Source: Squalus acanthias (lineage: Eukaryota). From it: 64,000 nucleotides of DNA. Below are positions 59,431 through 64,000 of the stretch, one piece after another. Position 1 is the stretch's first letter. Every line of letters begins with the position of its first letter. Both the position numbers and the translations under genes were made by a program. A model generated the notes under the pieces. The model made no database searches, was not told the DNA's origin, and saw nothing but the letters and a program-made list of their open reading frames with translations. The stretch lies in assembly GCA_030390025.1 (NCBI GenBank), contig CM059431.1:126978001-127042000 (forward strand), in the 5' to 3' direction.

Positions 59431-62400
59431 ATTGGCCGGTAATTTCCGATAGGAGGCTTCCTGCGTGTGGATGCCTCCTATCGGAAAAAAAATTACGTTC
59501 TTACCTGAGAGCTCCCGAGGTCCGGACACTTCCGATGCTGGGCCTCTCCACAGTCGAAATGCGCAGGGCCCACGTATCCCAGGGGCGCATGCAGTTCGCA
59601 TGCAATCCTAGGATCACGTGGGGCAGGCCAGCCAATAGGAGAAGGGAATCTCCCTTCATACTTTTGACAGATAAACCCGTCAAAAGTATGAATGGCAATC
59701 ACCCCAAAAACACATCAAAACTTTAAATACATTTTTTTTTTAAATCACGTTTTTAAAATGAGTTAAAATTACATTAAATTAAATATTTTAAACAAAAATT
59801 TTATTTTTTGCAAAAAAATAATTAAAGTTTTTTACGGGGCTAAAAATAAACTTACCTTTTTAAAAATTATTTTAAAATTATAAATGATTGAAAAAAAATA
59901 TTTTTTTACTTTTTTCAACTCTTATGCTGGTAAAAGCAGGCCTTACGCCTGCTGTTACCAGGCGTAAGATTTTTAAGTGTTTTCAGCAGGCGGAGGTTCT
60001 GCAGAAAGCGGAACTCTCCACCCACAGAGACCCTTCTCTAGGGCAGGCGTCTGATCTGTCAAGAGCTTTCTTCTAAAATCAAACACTTCAATGTATCTTC
60101 AGGTAAGGACTTCATCTCCGTATGCAGATAGAAGGGTAATGTGCTTGATGAGAAAATGCATTCATTTGTTCGGCCCCGATTTTAACTCCAGGTGGATTCC
60201 CGCTCAGGCCTGAGTTAAAATTACAGTTGGGTCTCAATTATATCATCAGGCCACAACTTGCATATGTAAAGAAGGGCCCTGTTGGCTCCGGGCACGTGTC
60301 CTTGCGGCCTGCTCAGGAGAGCAGGTTAAAGTTGCAGATGTTGCGATCATGACGGCTTTCGGACAGGTAAGAGTCAGGGCGATTTTAACTGCCCACCTGC
60401 CAAGTTTCTGCAGAGCAAGTAGGGTTAAAATCGCCCCAATGTCTCCATTATTCCATATCTAAGGACCTCCATTGCTTGGGCAACAAATTGGGCTTTTTAT
60501 TTTAATTCTGTGAACTCCTGTCACTCCACAGTTAGATTAATGTTATTTCAGGGATTTCTGGCAGTTAAAACAGCTTGTTAGATGTTTTCAGAAGTGCAAA
60601 ACCACCATAATTACATGTTCATGGTGATTTCCAGCAGTTAATGCAATTCCTGTTTTACCAATTTGACAGCAGCAGAACAATCACCTGCCACAATTTTAAT
60701 TGATAATTATTTTTAAAACATTTAAAAAGGAGAAAAGTTTCTTCTATTTACAGAGAAATATGCAGAAAAATGATTACTGGTAACACAGTTTACAGATGCC
60801 TTGTACATAGATAAATTGCTCTTCCCTAATTGGGTGTCATCCTTTCATGTCTTTTGTCAACCAGATTGAATCTCCACTGCTTATTTCTACAGATTTTTTT
60901 TTAACTAGACCCACAACAATGGTTTTCTTATTACTTCTGTTGCTCTGGTTCTGGTTGGAATATTGATCACAAACTCACAAGCAGGAAAACATTTAGAATA
61001 GTTTTGGGCTCAGCTTCATTCCACAGACTGGTACGGACACTTTGGGGGTAATTTTAACTTTGCCCGACCGGCGGGAAACCGATGGGACCAGATCGGCTGC
61101 CCGTTTTACACCTTGCCCAAATGGAAAATAAAATCGAGCGACCAATCCAGCCCCATCAGTTTGCCGTCAGGCGGGTTAGGATAAAATGATCCCCTTTATC
61201 GTAGACTCTACTTAACTCATTTTATCTCTTGAGGAAAGATACTGTGAAGTTTCTTCCTACCCTTTCAAATGTAAGTTAATTAAACCACCAGAGCACCAAT
61301 ATAACTCCTACATTATTAATCTTTGGCCAGTTCTTTGTTATGCTATTTCTATTATCACAGCAGTTCAGGAATCCCCAAGTTCCACAGCGTTCAATTGTCT
61401 CTATTGTACTTTTCTTTATAACCCTGAATCGCATCCCCAACCAGCGACTGACTGAAATTTTCTTTTTTTAAAGGTATTAATCAGCATAGTATTAATTGCC
61501 TTAAGCTGGGAATCTTTCCCACACATCTCTGCAAAAAATAGCCTTTACCTCTTAAGTCTGGCTTGAGGCTTGTCAATTATATATTCCTGTCCCATCATTC
61601 TATGCTCTCAGCTTTAGCTGAATAACCTGCTTGTTGTATGTTATGGATTCCTTTCAGCATTTTAAAATAAAACAAATTACATCCTTCATTAAAATAACAG
61701 AAAAATGAATTTCACATGAATATGCTTACACATTTGTATGCTAATATTGTGCAATGTGATTTCATCCCATAGGTGTTTGTTTTCTGTCGGGGTGGAGTTT
61801 GTAATGGAAGACAGAGCATAACAAAAATACCATCATCACAGCACTTAAAAGCACACACTGAATTTACTAAAACAACTACTTCTATTCACTGCATGCCAAT
61901 AGGACACAGTCTACTACATTTACCTGGACAGATTGCAGTATGTGAATCGATTATACAATATAACTTGAGTGATTTATTGATCAATTGTCCTCTCGCCAAA
62001 AGAACCATAATATTACCATAACTGTCATACAATGAATACATTTTCAATTATTACGATTTCAAACTCAGTTTGAACTCAGGAAAAACTCTGTTAATAGATT
62101 AAAAAATGAGTTATGAAATATATATAATGAACAGTTGTGCCACTTTTCAGTTTTCGATTTTAGCTCTGATGTTGGAGCAACCTTGTGCCAGCTCCAGTAC
62201 AAAAAACAGATTCAGCACAGTTCCTCGGAAACTGATGTGCAACATGGTGTCATGACAATACATAGAAACAAGTCTATCCACTTACTAGCACAAGTCTAAC
62301 CCTCATCCCTGCCCGCACCTCATCTCTCCAGGTCAGTGCACTATTCCTGGTAGACTTCAGTGTGTGTGGCTGTTATGTGTCTGCACATGCAGTGGCTCTC

Positions 62401-62939
62401 TGGGCATTGCATAAAACCTGATGGTGTGAGATGGTTTACTCCTATGACTACAAGATAGGTGGCATTGTTCAATGCCACTTCATTAGAGTTGTGCCCTAAG
62501 GTGGCCTTCATATAACAGCAGCATAAATCACTTTTCATTCTTAACATAGTCAGTAAAATTTTAAATAAAACACTAAATAAAAAGGTTTCAAAAATCTGTG
62601 GGACACGATGCTAGCTGTTACACAGTGATTGCGCCTGCCAGTGCCATCCAGTGTTGACCCCACTAGGAGCTGTGGGATCAGCAGGAGGGTACTTCATTTG
62701 GATGGGGCCAATGGGTGCCCACAACTATTATGGGTGCATCTCCATTGCCCACCTGCCCCATACAGCTGAAAAATCTGGTGCCATCCTGCCTTTGAGAAGT
62801 TGAGTGTTGCCCAGGCACTCTTCCAAGACAATCTTCCATCAGCCCCCTGTCATTTCCCAACTGAGCCAGGGAAGCAGAAACTCCTGGAGTACGAAGTCCC
62901 TGCCCCCAGCTTAACACCCAGGTCTGCGCTGTTGGCGCC

Positions 62940-63055
62940 ATTTACCTTATAACAACAGTGACTCCACTTCAAAAGTACTTCATTGGCTGTAAAGCGCTTT
63001 GAGATGTCCGGTGGTCGTGAAAGGCGCTATATAAATGCAAGTCTTCTTCTTTCTT
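62940..63055 (+). mobile_element. DeuSINE/L2-tail SINE 3' fragment
   Basis: ACAACAGTGACT.CACTTCAAAAGTACTTCATTGGCTGTAAAGCGCTTTG...GGCGCTATATAAATGCAAGTC; a similar older copy is at ~63600-63710. Confidence 0.6.
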
Positions 63056-64000
63056 ATAAGGGGTGGGTGAAGGTTTCACATCTTTCAAGGCTGGTTGTAA
63101 AATCCCAGAAAGAGCAGAAATCCAGTACAACCGTGTCCCTGCTGTTTTCTGACGGGTTCTGCAGGCATTGTAGCAGGGATCCAGTGTAACAGCCGTGGAT
63201 TTTCAGGTTCAGTGTTTAACAAAAATCATCGACATTAGCTCAGTATATAGCGCAATCTTTCATATAGTCAAGTTAATACATCGTTAATTAACACATTAAC
63301 TGACGTGAGGCCCAATATTCTGCAGGTTATCTTTCCCAGCATAAGTACCAGGATGCAACCTTCGGTGATTTCTGGCACTGACCCTGCCAAAGCGGTACCT
63401 CCTGGCCCGATAGCTCCCACCCCTAGCCATGCCCCAAACAAGGCCCCACAGAAACTGGTGGGGTAGGCTGGGACTTGGAACGGCTGTGGATTCTCAGCCC
63501 CATGCTCTCTAGCAGATGCTCATTTCCTCCAAATTGTCAAATGAAAACAGATTAGCTGGTAATTCATCTGATTTGTTGCTTCTGGGATCTTGCTGTGAGA
63601 AAAATTGGCTGCTGCAGTTGCCTAGATAACAAGATTTAATTAATTGTTTGCAAGCACTTTGGAACATAATGAGGACATGAAAAGGTGCTACATAAATGCA
63701 AGTTCTTTCATATATGCCTCTCCGCAAATCCTCCTTTCCATCTCTCTTCCATCTTGATGGTACATCTACTGGCTCTCCTAAAGAGTAAAGTGACCTTTTG
63801 CTCACTCTTTCTCCTCTAGTTCCAATCCTGACAATTTTCTGTTTGATTTATTATGATGACATCAGAAGAGCCATTTTCAAAGTTTGTACTTCTCGTGGCT
63901 AGCCTTACTTGCCAGAAGGGAATATTAGAAATTGGGGCATGGTCAGTACATTTTAAATTATTTATATTATATAGTGCCCAAATTTTCCATATGTGCTTCT

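Noticed and set aside
60080..62550. Possible host exons (CAG|GTAAG at ~60101; AG acceptors at ~61772 and ~62163; short ORFs)
   Set aside because: No recognisable protein and no consistent exon pair were found; RNA-seq would be needed.

Overview
This is repeat-saturated vertebrate DNA with no recognisable host gene exon. The CR1 LINE, V-SINE, DeuSINE, Penelope and Harbinger content points to a cartilaginous fish (shark), which is an inference. The main object is a young LTR retroelement at 1-8209, whose 5' LTR is cut by the window edge. Its two LTRs are identical over the 539 nt that can be compared, and it has an 18-nt tRNA-Arg(UCG) PBS. It encodes an intact Gag (coiled coil, overlapping PSAP/PPxY late motif, capsid-like region, CCHC knuckle) and an intact Env-like class I fusion protein with an N-terminal Ig-like domain and a paramyxo/pneumovirus-F-like layout (lokiretrovirus-like). 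There is no pol. In the pol slot, in frame behind a UGA-CUAG readthrough signal, is a 386-codon non-enzymatic ORF whose N-terminal part resembles Gag's own coiled coil. Two diverged ~1.6-kb solo LTRs of the same family (4-bp TSDs) lie at 46392-48043 and 52600-54213. The rest is nested CR1 LINEs, an ORF1-less LINE with a SINE-like head, degenerate PIF/Harbinger transposons and their MITEs, SINEs, and Penelope-type remnants including a minimal hammerhead motif. All calls come from reading the sequence by eye; no database search was run.
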